This document shows, in pieces, positions 49,783 to 62,769 of a DNA stretch of 64,000 nt. A program made the translations under genes and the position numbers. Within the stretch, counting starts at the first letter, position 1. Each line of letters opens with the position of its first letter. Under the pieces are notes generated by a model that saw only the letters and a list, made by a program, of their open reading frames with translations, had not been told where the DNA came from and made no database searches. Where the stretch lies: assembly GCA_964234715.1 (NCBI GenBank), contig OZ174282.1; one strand, given 5' to 3'. The DNA is from Podarcis melisellensis (Eukaryota).

Positions 49783-51369
49783 CTGTAGATACCCAAAAGA
49801 GAAGAAGACAGGCAAAAATGTCTTTAAAACTTTTAATATGTTGTCAGTCTTGAGCCCCCACACAGACTGGTGTTTAAATCAGCCCAAAACGTTCCCACTG
49901 TTACATTTTGGACATAATTAGGGGCACATTTTCAAAGAATAGTATTATTAATATTTTCCTTTATGCTCAGCTTAGTCTTTGATCATTGATAATGTTTTGT
50001 CATAGCTGTGAAAGTTCTTACGCAACTGATTAGGTAGGTATGTTGAAAGGCCCATCTTAAGTGGCTGAAGAAGTAAGGAAGCTCTTAATTAAACCACATA
50101 TTGGAAACCTCACTGCAGTTTTGAACCAGGAAGGGCTGTAGTAGCACTATTTTCAAAATTGCTTAATACAAAAAAAGGAGCTAGAAAAGGAAAGAGAGAT
50201 GTGTCAAGGGAGGCAGGAGAAAGATAAATGGAAGGGACAGCAGATTGTCTTTGGCAGGCAAAGAAGAAGCTTCAGTCTCCCTTTCTGCACATCAACAGAA
50301 AAAGCAGCAACAGCACAGCCCTCCTCTTCACTTGGGCTCAAAGAACAAGCAAGATCTCTTGATAGCAAAGGCCGGAAGGTCAACGTTGAGGAAAACACAC
50401 AACCATCCATGTTTGTTATGGCTGAAAAGAATACGATGAACTGAATAGGCACCCATAAATGATGATAAAAAGGGTCTACATTAGGAGCAAATGTAGGTCC
50501 CTACACAGGCATGCAAAGATCATCATGTACTCTTGAAAATATTGGCTGTCGCATGCTAATGATGAAGTGGAGTTCAAAGATGGGATGGCCACAATGGTTG
50601 CCTTCTGATGATGCACCTCTGCAGAAGGGAAGCTGTGCTAATTTCTAGCAGCAGCCAACTCCGGTTGTTTGGCGAACAGTAGTGCCTTTGCTGGGCCTTA
50701 GCCGACAGCATCAGTGGCACACATACAAGACGGCGCTCAAAAGCAAACAGTACCAGAATGGACAGCAGCCATTTTGCTCACTCAAACAAGAGTTCTGTAG
50801 GCTGCAGTGGTGATGGGAATAAGCAGATCCAGAGTTAGAAATCATTATATATGGGCTTGGAAAATAAAATAATAGGCACCATTATGCCATTAAATAAATC
50901 TATGCTGCAACCATATTTAAAGTCACTATGTAAAGTTCTCCCCTGTCCAATTACATTTAGTATTTATTTCATTTAGCAAAATTTTTATATTGCTTAATAA
51001 AAAACAATCTCCAAGTGGTTTACATAAACGTGTAACGAAGTCAATAAAAATAGTAATTAAACCAACTTTAAAAGTAGAAGATAACAAAATAAAATATAGG
51101 TAAAACCTTAGAACTTTTTTAAAAAAACAACAAAACAAAACAAATGAACATAATTAAATTATATGTCTTTGTAGACTTGCTTAAAGGTTATTGTTTTTTA
51201 ACCAGTACAATCAAAGCACCTGGCTCATATTAATATTGTAGGCTGACTCCAATGATGATGATGATGATGACTATTCAGTATATTTATAGCTCGCCTTTCT
51301 TACAGGATATCAATTATAAAATAAAATACATAATAATATCATGGCTCGGAGAAGCAGAGTCTCTTTAAG

Positions 51370-51830
51370 GAAAGGCTGCTAAAACGTTCAACTTTTTAGT
51401 TTTTTGGGGGGGAAGATGACTAATCACAAGTGGCATGATACGGGTAATGAATGATAGGGTGGGGAACCTCCCCCACCCGCCAAAAAATTCTAGAAATCTG
51501 GGTCATACTCTCAAGTTGATTGGCAATAGGTCCAAAACTGACACCAATGAAGTATTTCTTCAAAGAACACCTACTGAGCTGAAGGAATTCACAGCCTCAC
51601 GATGTAGCAATGTTTCCTTCTTTGATGGCTTTTTAAAAAGCATTAAATGAATTCATGAGCGGGATGTGTCTGTATGTCTGTCCATGGTGGTGGTTGAGAG
51701 GCAGCAGCAAACTAAAGGGTGGCACTGAACAAGGGATGGCTGCTGCCTACTCCCGAGGGTGCTTCGAGTTCCTACAGGCAACTAGCTGGAAAAGAATTAT
51801 GGGAAGACGGCTGGTGTCCTGAACCCTTAT
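51370..51830 (+). mobile_element. Degraded CR1 3' fragment
   Basis: SRNLGHTLKLIGNRSKTD resembles CR1 TRGHxxKLxGxRFRTD. The CR1-type 3' UTR follows. Confidence 0.6.
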
Positions 51831-53136
51831 AGGGGAGCAGAAACAAAGCTGATGTATGAAATTATTTAATATATGGTATAAAGACAATTTAAAAACAGAC
51901 AATATGTATTTATTTGTTTTCAAAGTAGAAACATACATATTGTCTCTTTTCATCTTTTGACCTTCTATTAAATCATTTCATACATCAGATTAGTTTTTCC
52001 TCATCTGTAAAGTGTCTTTGTTTTTCTATCATTCCAACTTTTTTCATCTTTGACCTGAATGCAGAAGTCCATTCTTGTCTTGCTTTATGAAACACACACA
52101 ATTTGGAAAAATGAGTACAAAAATTATTGGGAACAAGAAACTCCTTGCTTGCTTGAGCACAAAATAAAAGACGGACACAAAGCTGATCCAGTGGAAGACT
52201 TTCCCCACTTTTTGTGAAAAAGCAAGTGCTCTGCTTTACAAAGACTGGCTGGTGCCTCAGGGCTCTGACTTGGGCTACACAGGCTACATAGAGACACCCC
52301 ACTTTTCATTCTCCTCCTGCTACACAACAAGGCAGCTACTCTCCTAGAATTTTTACTTTTTGTAGAAAGGAAACAGCTCTAATCCTTCTCTTCAGTGTTT
52401 GTTTGGGTTTTTTTGTCTCAAGTACAATTGCCCTAAAGGCCAATATGCTCTCCCTCAAACTGGTTTCTGTATATTCCTGTTGTAACTGTTCTGCCTATTT
52501 GGCTTTGACAACCACTGAAGGGCACTACTAGTATCCACTGACTAGTAATACCCATGGCAAATTCACATAAGTAAATGCCCAATGAGAAGGAGGAGGCTGG
52601 AGTCAGTGGACCTGGGAAGCTGCACAGAGGGTTTTTCCAGGGATCCTGGCTACACACCATGTAGAGGCTATACAGGAATGAACAGATCCTGTCTCTGAAG
52701 GGAGATGAACCAGGAGGCACAACAAGTCCCCTCCAGCATTCCTGTCTATTTTCAAGGCTGTACCATCCCCTATGGAGAGATGGGGCTCAGAGTAGCCCCG
52801 AGGGTAGGATTTGAGAGATGAAGGAAGTGGGAAGAGGAAAGACAGCAGGAAGGAACAACAAGTGCCACTCTTAGCACTATCAACAGGACAGGCACTTTCT
52901 CTTCCTCTACAGAAATTATGAAAATAATTCAAAAGAAAGTGTGGGGGAAAGGCCCAGCGGAGTAGAAAAAGAATAATGTTATCTAACCTAAGTTGCACAT
53001 TATTACAGCAAATCATGGTCTTTCCCCACAAAACTAGGACGGTAGCCACCCCCACTACCAGACTCAGTACGATGGATCAGTAATTGTTTTCATACACTTT
53101 AATTAGAAAAACTGAGATGGCTACGAATAATAATGG

Positions 53137-53267
53137 NNNNNNNNNNNNNNNNNNNNNNNNNNNNNNNNNNNNNNNNNNNNNNNNNNNNNNNNNNNNNNNN
53201 NNNNNNNNNNNNNNNNNNNNNNNNNNNNNNNNNNNNNNNNNNNNNNNNNNNNNNNNNNNNNNNNNNN
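53137..53267. other. Assembly gap (N run) in a ZFHX3 intron
   Basis: Run of N. Confidence 1.
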
Positions 53268-55809
53268 GTTGTCTTGCCGCGTCTTTAATCATAATTCCTG
53301 ATTGGGATTCAAGAAGGCAGTAAGCAGCGATTCTTTGTCTGCCTTCACCTTCCGTCAATTAACTCTCCCTGAAATATAATCATCAACCTCACGTGCTCCT
53401 CTGCATTTCAATCTGCTGCTGCAAGCCAACCAGTTCTTCCTTCCTTCCCACCTTAGGTGTGCTTAACTCATTCCCTTTCTCTGGTGGGATACTGCCCACC
53501 CCCCAAGCATTTAAAGGCAGGAGGCTGAGATGGGGAGGGATGCCCCAAGGACCAAAGGGCCCTGTTAAGAAGTGACTTGAGCAACACCCCAGGTGTCATT
53601 TCAGCTCCCTCAAGGACATGCTCCTCAGCAAGCAGTAGTCATGAGTGGAGAGCTACAGATCCTTTTAACAAGGAACACCAGTTCTGCTCAGAAGAGGTGA
53701 CCAAAGCTGGCTTAACCTTGTTTTGCTCACCAATGGCATCAAGGGATTTATGCCTGGAGGGAGCCAAGTTGGTGGAAAGCAAACCAGTGTGCCGCCCCTT
53801 CCTTGTTGCTTCCAAATGGCATGCAAGAGCCTTAATTTCTGCCCGTGGCCCACTTTTGCACTACAGATTGCAGCATTGTGGCATGTCCACCTGCCCCTTC
53901 TATTTGGCAATGCCCTGTAGTTTAAGCTACCAGTGTGGGTCTGAGCATTGCAAGATCCCAAATGTCAGCTGGTACCCAGCCCAGGTGTTCCCCTATGCCT
54001 TCTCCGAAAAGAGATGCCACCCTAGGTAGTGAGAGGAATGAAGAAAGAGAGGAATGAAGCCCATTCCTCTACTATCTTCTTGTATCAGACCCCATTGTCA
54101 GTTCAGACACTCCCTGCCCCCTACAACGGCTGGAATCTAATTGGTCCAAAATGAAACCTCCAGCAAGAGTCTGACTGAGAAGACACATTAACATCTCCTC
54201 TGTCCGTGCAATGGGGGAGGGGGGAGTTGTACAAGACGAGGTTCCAGAGCCAGACAAAGGAGGCAATTTCCATTACAAAGAATGAGAGGGAGAGCGGGCA
54301 GGAGTGTGTGTGCTGGAGAGAAAAGCTTCATTAGGCTCAGAGAGGCAAAGCGATGGCACTATACCAAGGTCACTTCTAATTTAGACCATCTAATTGGCAA
54401 ACATGGCTCCAAATGGCTATCATCTCACAGGGCTCAGAATTAATGAAGGCCGATTATTTTCATTACCTTCATCCGAGATGGGGAATGAGACGGGGGGGGG
54501 GGGTGAGATGAGGGAGAAAAGAGGATGACCGAATGACAGTGGAAGGGAGAGAGAGACACACAATGGGGAGAGGAGAAGATGCAAGTAGGGTGAGAAACAG
54601 CACCAGAATGCAACTGGGGAGGAAAGACAGATGAATGATGGAAGGCAAGAAAGAAAAAGAGCTTTTTTACTGCCTTCAGCCCCTCTGATGATTCTGCCAA
54701 ATCAACACAGTCCTGCGAAAAGTGAATCAGCCACAAGACTAAAAGCTGGGGGATAAGTCAGTGCTGAGCATAGAGAAGGCAACACACCATCCCCAATCAG
54801 AACTGCAGTAGCAACCTTTGGTCTTCACAACCTCACCCCAACCCCAATCGCTGGTCAGCTGGTGTACAACACCCCTCTCATAATTGCCCTTGCCCCACAG
54901 ACAGTAGTGCAGCACAACAGGCCTCTGACGAAATGGGGAGAGGGCTCCCCTGCTATTGTTGACAGGGAAAGAGGGGGGCACTGTGGAATACCCAGATACA
55001 CAGCACACCATGGTATCAGCAAGTAGCTGTTGCTATGGCAACAGTCATATTAAACATGGCAGGTTCCTGAAAGGCACATGATTAAGTAAGATTAAGAGAA
55101 GCCTCTCCCAGCCCCAGTGCAAAGGCCAGAGAGGGGCCCTCACAAGAGCTCTGAAGGGACCCTGCCTTTCTAGGAGCAGCATCCTCTTGCCAATCGCTTG
55201 GGCAGACTGATGTCAGGAAAAACTCAAGACGACAAGTAGCTGGGGCAAAGATCAGAATGCGCTTTCAAGCAATCATGAGTGACATTCTGGGAGAGCCCTG
55301 GAAGCAAAGAGGCTCTTTCATGCCGAGGCCGAGTCAGCAGCAGCAGCTTATGGGATTGGAAGGAGAGCTCTTCTGCTGCCTAGGTAAGGTCCCCCTCAAC
55401 TGTTTATAATAGTGCCATCAGTGGGCATGGCACCTAACAGTGACAAACGCAAAGGGACAGGTTTAGAACGTGAATTTCAACAAGAGGGAATATGGAGGAA
55501 TTTGGGGACAGAGTGGATGAAGACACACAAAGACAGTCACATGTACTACTTGGGATTCCCTGTAGTGGTGTGTGCACAGTAAGGACTTAAGCCAAACGAG
55601 GGGAGGAAACCCCTGGAGAGCTCGAAAGATAAAGCCAAGACACTTGTGCTGGATATGGTACTCTGCTGCTGGATTTTGAATAGAGATGAAAGAACTGGTG
55701 AGGAAAGGGAAGGCAAAGTCAAGGCAAAGGGCAATCAGAGCAGAATCAGCAAAAGGGACTTAACAGGAAGAGGCAAGTTTGTGCAATAGAAAAACTTTGA
55801 ACAAAAAAT

Positions 55810-56120
55810 GTGTAGGCCATTTAGACAAGACAAAAGAAAGCACCTTATCAGATAATACATAATTAGCATGTGGAATTTCCTACCACAAGATGTGGTAACA
55901 GGTGGACACTAAGCTTGGATAGTTTTAAAAAGTGATAAATGCATGGAGGATGCCTCTTCTATTAGGCATGTCAGCAGAATGGAATCCCTTTGAATACCAG
56001 ATCTGGAGAAAAGCTCCATGCCCTTCTTGGAGGTTCCAGAGGCATCTGGGTGGTCAGTGTCAGAAAGTGGGCTTGGCAGTAAAGGACCCCAGTCCTATCC
56101 ATCAAAGCAGTTCTTCTGGC
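55810..56120 (+). mobile_element. Degraded CR1 3' fragment
   Basis: TTTAGACAAGACAAAAGAAAG...TGTGGAATTTCCTACCACAAGATGTGG...GGATAGTTTTAAAA and 3' UTR remnants. Confidence 0.55.
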
Positions 56121-56149
56121 CTCAGTCCTGTGGGACCAGCTCACTTGCC

Positions 56150-56300
56150 TGAGGAGCTTAGAAAGCTGCCTTATACCAAGTCACACCATTGGTCCACTGA
56201 GTTCAGTATTGTCTATACGAACTAGCAGCAACAACACTCCAGGGTTTCAGGCAAGGAATATTCCCTGGGATTGAACCTGGGATACCTTCTGCATGTAAGA
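56150..56300 (-). mobile_element. tRNA-derived SINE with CR1-like tail
   Basis: Aligns by eye with 61055-61250 (TTATACCAAGTCA...TCCAGGGTTT...GGATTGAACCTG). Confidence 0.55.
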
Positions 56301-56802
56301 AAACATGTTCCCCTGGCCTGTGATGTCAAAATAAGCTTCAGCCTGTGCTAAAGGAAGGCCCGATTCCTACTTTTGTATTGCTGACCCAGGTCACAACTCA
56401 AGAGGTGGCATTTCAACAGTGCCTGGTATCTGCTTGCCTACTGGCAGGTGTGTTGAATTTGGGCAATTCACTGAAGAGAAGGAGCAGGATCAGGAGGAGG
56501 AAGGGAAGAAATAATGCAGGCAAGATGGGCCTTCTAGGGGTGGGGAACATTTTTCCCATTGAGGGCCACATTTTCTTGGGGGTAATCTGTCACGTCAATC
56601 AGTGGGTGGGGTCACCCGCTTTTTCTGCCACCACCACTCTTCATTTTCCCACCTCCCCTGGTGATTGCCAGGGTGGGATGGGTTGGTTTTCCAAGAAGTC
56701 AAAACCAATTGCTCGCAGGGGACTTTATTTCCTCCTTGCCTCTTGCCCTCCCTTTCTTTGGCTGAGAGGTGCAGGCTGCCCACCCACAATATAGAGACTC
56801 AC

Positions 56803-57003
56803 CGTCAAAATGAGCTTCTCCACACAGTCCGGGGAGACGCTGTGGAGGTGAGTGAGGTGCAGCTGCAGGTGGATCTTGTTGCTGAGCATGTCCTGGCAGA
56901 GAGGGCACCGAAGCATTGGCTGGACCGAGTGCTGAGTCATGGCATGGACCCTCAACCGGTTGACATCGGTGTTACTGTACTTGCAATATGGGCACTGATA
57001 TAC
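56803..57003 (-). CDS. ZFHX3: ZFHX3 coding exon (201 nt, phase 0 to 0) with two C2H2 zinc fingers: [67 protein letters not shown]
   Basis: Acceptor ...TCCTCCAG and donor GTGAGT. Contains two C-x2-C...H-x4-H fingers and a recognisable ZFHX3 sequence. Confidence 0.96.
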
Positions 57004-57215
57004 CTGGAGGACAAGAAGACATCACAAGCTTTGGCAGAATAAAGCCTTGATAAGGTCAGGCTGCAGGACAGGTGTCTTCCTCCACCTTTTTAACACTTTT
57101 TGAAACACACTGCCCATTTCCACAGTAAGAATAATCAAAAAAACAATTTCACTACGAACTGCCTTGTGGGCCCAAGTGGATTTAAAAGTTGAATATAAGG
57201 AGGGATGGGTGGAAA

Positions 57216-57282
57216 GGAAGAAAGGAAGGAAGGAAGGAAGGAAGGAAGGAAGGAAGGAAGGAAGGAAGGAAAGAAGGAAGGA
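57216..57282. repeat. (GGAA)n microsatellite just downstream of the exon 57334 donor
   Basis: About 16 imperfect GGAA units. Confidence 0.95.
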
Positions 57283-57333
57283 AGCTGAGCCATTACTTCG
57301 CAGAAGCAAGTGCCAGTTGCTCCAGTGCCTCAC

Positions 57334-57464
57334 CTGCTCCAGCTTGGTCTCATCTGATGTTTTAGGCCATTTGGTGACAGGCGACTCAGAGCTTCTCGGA
57401 AAGGAGATACGTTTAGAGGATGCTGGGGACTCTGTCAGCTCCTTTTCAGCTGGGGTAACATGTG
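57334..57464 (-). CDS. ZFHX3: ZFHX3 internal coding exon (first visible in this window; 131 nt, phase 1 to 0): (A)[43 protein letters not shown]
   Basis: Acceptor CCCCCTTTTTTTGCAG and donor GTGAGG. The translation resembles the ZFHX3 segment AEKELTDSPATSKRISFP...EQ and splices in frame to the next exon. Upstream exons were not found in this window. Confidence 0.92.
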
Positions 57465-58514
57465 CTGCAAAAAAAGGGGGACAGAAACAACTGAATGACT
57501 ATGTGACACCTCAGCTCTGGAAGAACCTGGAGGAAAGAACAGCATCTATGAATTCCTCACAGATGGCCAAGCCTCCCATTCTGCACTGCTCCTCAGTTCC
57601 ATTCCTTTACATAAACATGCTCTGAATCTTCATTCTGAATTACTTTTGAAGCTTTGGGCTGCAAATCACCATCATCACCATCATCACCATCAAAATCGGG
57701 TCAGTGCATGCATGCCAGATATGTGCTACAGTTGTGGAAAACCTGAAACCAGCATGAGCTGGATTACCTGAAGATCCCTGAATAAACCTGTAGATCATCT
57801 TAGATCATCTGGGGAAATTCTACTTATGGTACCGCACCCTAGAGAATATCATAGGGCAGTGATCCAAAAAGGGCCATTTGGCCCAGGCTTTCTAGGCACT
57901 TTTTTTTACTTGAATCCCCTCAAATTCCTATTTTTGTACTACTGTTTTGTGAGTTTTATGTTGCATTTTTGTTCTAATGATATGGTTCGTTAGAGATTTT
58001 AAAATTACAAGTGCTTTGTAAATGCTTTTAAATAAATAAAATAAATATGTGCTGGTTGGTGCTTTCTCCCTGCAATGCCCCTGCAACATTCTAATCTCCC
58101 CACTGTATTTTTAGGGGGAGAAAAATGTCCCTTTCCACTTTGACTAAGAACCATTTTCCTTCCATGGACCAATGCAGCCAGACTGTGGGTGAGCCCAGCT
58201 GAGTCACACATGCTACAACTTTACTCTTCAGTCACCCCTGCATGCTCCATGTCAATAATCACTCTCCAAGCCTGATTCCAGGATAACACTGATGTCCATT
58301 AGTGCTTTTGGAATTACTCTGGTGAATGAACACAGGCAGACAACATAGCAAAGCTAAAACTCGACATGGATTTCTAATGCAATTTGAGTCAACAAAGGGA
58401 AGGGCATGGCAGACTCCCCATGTAGTTGGGATGGTGGGGGGAACACAGGCGGCTTGAGAGGTTCTGACACTCCCACCCACCCAAGACAATCACATCATCT
58501 ACCTCACATTGCAT

Positions 58515-58950
58515 CAAACATGCACATAACACCAGTGCTCAAAAGCTTGCACCGGCTGCCCACACGCTACTGGGCCAGCTTCAATGTTCTTGTGTCAGTT
58601 TACAAGGCCCATAATAACTTGGGCCCAGGATACCCCAGGGACCACCTGATCCCTTATGTTCTCACTCAATCTCTGATGTCTTTGGGGGAGTCACATAGTC
58701 CCCCATGGTGTGGATGTATGGGTCATAACCACAAGGAACAACACATTCATTATTGTGGGTTCAGTTTGATATCACCATTGAGATCAGACAGGCCCCTTCC
58801 CCGTTGAACTTCCAGGACTTATGGAAGACTCCCCCCCCCTTGCAGGCTTGAATTCTTATTTTATAGTTTTAAACTCCTTTTTAGTCTCCTGTACACTGCT
58901 CAGAGAAGACTCTGATTACGTGGTATACAAATGGTTGAAATAAAAAATAA
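58515..58950 (+). mobile_element. L2 3' fragment
   Basis: HITPVLKSLHRLPTRYWASFNVLVSVYKAHNNLGPGY matches the L2 C-terminal motif. Confidence 0.75.
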
Positions 58951-60229
58951 ATAACCTCCTGCTGCAATTTAGAGATAGGCATGCAGGCTTTCGTAGATGC
59001 CAAGATAAGCTCCCTCACCATTTCCTCTCTCTATCTCTTTCAAACATAGCAAAACTGGCCAGACTGGTCACAAACCCATAGAAACACCAGAAAGGCAGAA
59101 TGAACACCATTCTGGTGTGTTCCAGGAAGTTGATGCTCTTCCCAGAATGCCCGCCTTATGACCTTTGAACTCTGTACCCTGGAGCACATAAATCTGCAGG
59201 GCATCTATTATTTAAAAACTACAAGGACAAGCATATTACACCTAGCCCCCCTGAACACACACATTCAGAACAGTACTTTAATCTGTATCGAATCGACTTC
59301 AAACCCATTTCACCCTTAATGGGAGTTATTCATTTTCACTTGAAAGGTAATATATGACAGCTGGATATTTAACATGATGGATTGGCTGCCGATTAACTAA
59401 GCGGTTTAACGCTTCTGGCTTTCTCCCCCCCCCCAGCCCCCCTAAAGATGCAAGGAAGATTCTGATGGGGGAATTTGTTCAAAAGCCACAAAAGAGGGCC
59501 CTTCACAAAGTTAAATAGGCCTGAAACCAAGGCTCCCAAAGGCACCACTGAGTCACCCCATTGCTCCTCCAACCAGATAAGGGAACTGGGGCTCCTCCAC
59601 AACTCTGCCAACATTTCACACACACCACCCCCAAATTAGCCTGACTCCTACTGCCTTAAAAACTATCACCATCCCTGTTAGCAAGGGAGGCTGGGTGAAG
59701 CCATTTGCAGAAGGAGGAGACCTTCGAGCTAAGGATAGGGGCAATAGAGGAACAAAGGTTACAGGCAGGAATATATCAGGATATACATTGTTGGGCTGTT
59801 ACTGCTACAATAATTGCATATATTATAAAATACAGAGGTGCACACTATATTTCATTAGACTTCTGATGAGAAGTTATTTCATCAAGTCTACTCAGTCATA
59901 TAATTCTGCAATCTAGGTTGGTTTTAAAAGATTTACTGATTTTATCTGAGATTTTTTAAATCAATACTTTAAAATGTTTTTTTGCAATTTTAGATGTGTT
60001 TTATTGATAATGTTATCAATATTATATTTCTACTATTTATTATATTACAGAGTTTAGTGATTAAGTGATTTGTAAATCTTTCTAAAAGGAAAGAAAGAAA
60101 TGGGTTATAATGTTTAACCATGTTTCATGTATTTTAATGACATGCTGTTTGTTAAGGGTATTGGAAAAGCTTTTGGGGTTATGATACAACAAAAAGTGGT
60201 CTATGAGCACAATAAATCAATAAATATAT

Positions 60230-60800
60230 GGAAGATCAGAGAGTTTGGGCACAGTAAGCCCAATGCGTTTGTGGTGGATCTAGAAAAATAGAGGAAGCTA
60301 GGATGGTGGTGTAAGATGTATGTATAGCTGAACAGGTCTGTGCTCCAAGTTCTGGACAGAAGTAAAGTGCATAAAAGCTGAGACATGGCTGTTGTGACCA
60401 AGACAGGAGGTGACCACAGCATGAACCAGAGTCAGATTTCTCACCAAGAAGACAGAGAAAAAGGGGCACATTTTTGTGATGTTGTAAACTGTGGAACAGA
60501 CGTGACCTGACAACAGGCTGAAGAGCGAGGAGTCAAAGATCAAAAACATGTCAATGGATATGGAGTGTAGAGGAGGATGAGGAGAGTGTTTTTGGGGAGT
60601 GATGAGAAGTTAGGTTTGGGACAAAATGGGTTAAAGACAGTGATGAAGCATCCAAGCACACTGGAGACACAGGGGGGCCTGGGGTAGAGAGGTAGAGCTG
60701 GGTGTTATTAGCCTATGGATGGTACTGAATGGCATAGGATTGTACAAGATCACTCAGGGACTGTGTATAAAGAGAGAATCACAGAGGAACAAGGGAAACC
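60230..60800 (-). mobile_element. Ancient L2-like LINE remnant
   Basis: Minus-strand IFDSSL...LVHAVVTSCL...HHHPSF resembles L2 RT C-terminal motifs. Confidence 0.5.
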
Positions 60801-61054
60801 CCATTTGAGGAAGAGAAGAACATTGCTAGGGTCAAGCAGGAAGCAGAGTTTGCCTGTAGATAGCAGCAGGGCTGGCATCAGGGACTGGCATGGTCAGCCA
60901 CCTCCCCAGGGACTCAGAAAGGCCCATTGCTGATCCTGCTGCCAATGAGACACCTGGCCAGCACCCCTGCTGCCATCAAAGGAACCCCTTATTCCTGATG
61001 TCAATCTTCACCCACCCACTCATCCCTAGTGGGGAGGGGGACACAATTTTGAGG

Positions 61055-61250
61055 AACATAGGAGGTTGTTTTATACCAAGTCAGACTAATGGCCCATCTA
61101 ACTCAGTTCTGTCTACTGTGATTGGCAGTGGCTCTCCAGGGTTTTATGCAGTGAACCTTCCCAGTTGTACCTGGAGACAATGGTGGGGATTAAACCTGTG
61201 ACCTTCCTACATGCAAAACATGTGTGCCCCTCCTAAGCTACAGTCCTTGC
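61055..61250 (-). mobile_element. tRNA-derived SINE with CR1-like tail
   Basis: Minus head GGACTGTAGCTTAG...CAGGTTTAATCCCC and tail ...CCTATGTTCCT. Confidence 0.6.
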
Positions 61251-61591
61251 CCACTGTGACTGCTTGTGGTTCTCATTCATTCACCTCATCCCCCTATTCT
61301 CTCTACAGATGCTTACCCAGCAGCGGCAGTACAGACTGTGGGAGCTTTTTACCTTTTCCCCACTCTACTGATGGGCTGAGATTATGTTGTTTTGTTACTA
61401 GTGTGCTGCCAAAGCTTCCTGTGGCTTTTGTGGGGAGGGGGGCATTGTGTGTGTATTTATTTTAATTAATTGCAGCTGTTTTTCTGTATGAATTTGTTAA
61501 TCAGATAATGTAATTATGTTTAGAAACATAAACATAAACCCTGGGGTAACAAGCAACTAACGAGTGTACATAATATTAAATGGCAACAACA

Positions 61592-61711
61592 GGGTGTATC
61601 CAATGCTAGTACTACTCTGAGGAGGCCCACTGTAGTGAATGAACATGACTATCTAAGGTTCATTCATTTCAATGCGTCTGATTTGAGCAGGACTAGCACT
61701 GGATACAACCT
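61592..61711. mobile_element. Palindromic MITE
   Basis: Terminal inverted repeats GGGTGTATCCAATGCTAGT / ACTAGCACTGGATACAACCC and internal TGAATGAAC / GTTCATTCA arms. Confidence 0.7.
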
Positions 61712-61762
61712 AATAGCAACAACAGCAGACAGCCTGCAGACACACTATGAAGAGACTCTAAT

Positions 61763-61873
61763 GCAGGCATGGCCAAACTTGGCCCTCCAGATGTTCTGGG
61801 ACTACAATTCCCATCATCTGTGACCACCGGTCCTGTTAGCTAGGGATGATGGGAGTTGTAGTCCCAAAGCATC
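61763..61873. mobile_element. Palindromic hAT-like MITE, right end missing
   Basis: Arms AGATGTTCTGGGACTACAATTCCCATCATC / GATGATGGGAGTTGTAGTCCCAAAGCATCT. Confidence 0.75.
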
Positions 61874-62120
61874 TAGCAGTTCGAAAGCACCCCTAAGTGC
61901 AAGTAGATAAATAGGTACCGCTTTATAGCGGGAAAGTTAACGGCATTTCCGTGTGCTGCGCTGGTGCTGGCTCGCCAGAGCAGCTTCGTCACGCTGACCA
62001 CGTGACCCGGAAGTGTCTGTGGACAGCGCTGGCTCCCGGCCTCTTAAGTGAGATGAGCGCACAACCCTAGAGTCCGACACAACTGGCCCGTACGGGCAGG
62101 GGTACCTTTACCTTTACTTT
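61874..62120 (+). mobile_element. 5'-truncated Sauria SINE (Squam1) with (ACCTTT)n tail
   Basis: GTTCGAAAGCA...AAGTGCAAGTAGATAAATAGGTACCGCT...GAGATGAGCGC...GGGGTACCTTTACCTTTAC. CpG-rich, so probably young. Confidence 0.85.
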
Positions 62121-62769
62121 AGAAGAGATACCATAGTGGAGAGTTCTGATTTTATCACTGCAGGAGATGAAGTCTTGAGGGTGGGACACTGCAAATCAGA
62201 TCTTATCAAAAGATAAAGAAGAGGCATTGAGAATTCTTAAAGAGTTGGTGTGGATCATGGAACCAGGAATATGGTAGACAAGAAAGAGGAGAGGGTGGAC
62301 TTATAATGCTGGCCGGTTCCTCAGAGGTATTCAGCTGTGTGAGAGCATGAATTCAACTGTTTTCTTTTCCATTGAACGGAGATCATCTTTAGGCCAGGTG
62401 TTCCTAGCATCTCTGAGCCAATATTTATCTATATATGGGTTGTTAAGATATTTATCTAAGATGACTATAAAAGCATAGAAAATGAGGGCATTGCTAGTTT
62501 TGTGGGGGTACCCCAGTACATTGGAACTACCTGGAGAAAAATCCTTTCCTTGTGTTTTATAAACTTGGTGTGGCCAAATGTAGCCAGTGCTCTAGATTAA
62601 AAGCAACAGCTCCTGAAGTCACTCACTACCTCTAGGAGCTCGAGCCTTTAAACCTTCACAATCTGTCACTGACCTCAACAGGCCCATGAAAACAAGAACT
62701 TAGCAAGCGTTCCTTCCGTTTCTAATGGGACTTCTTGATAAAGTACTGGGAGACAGGTTGATCTTCTCT

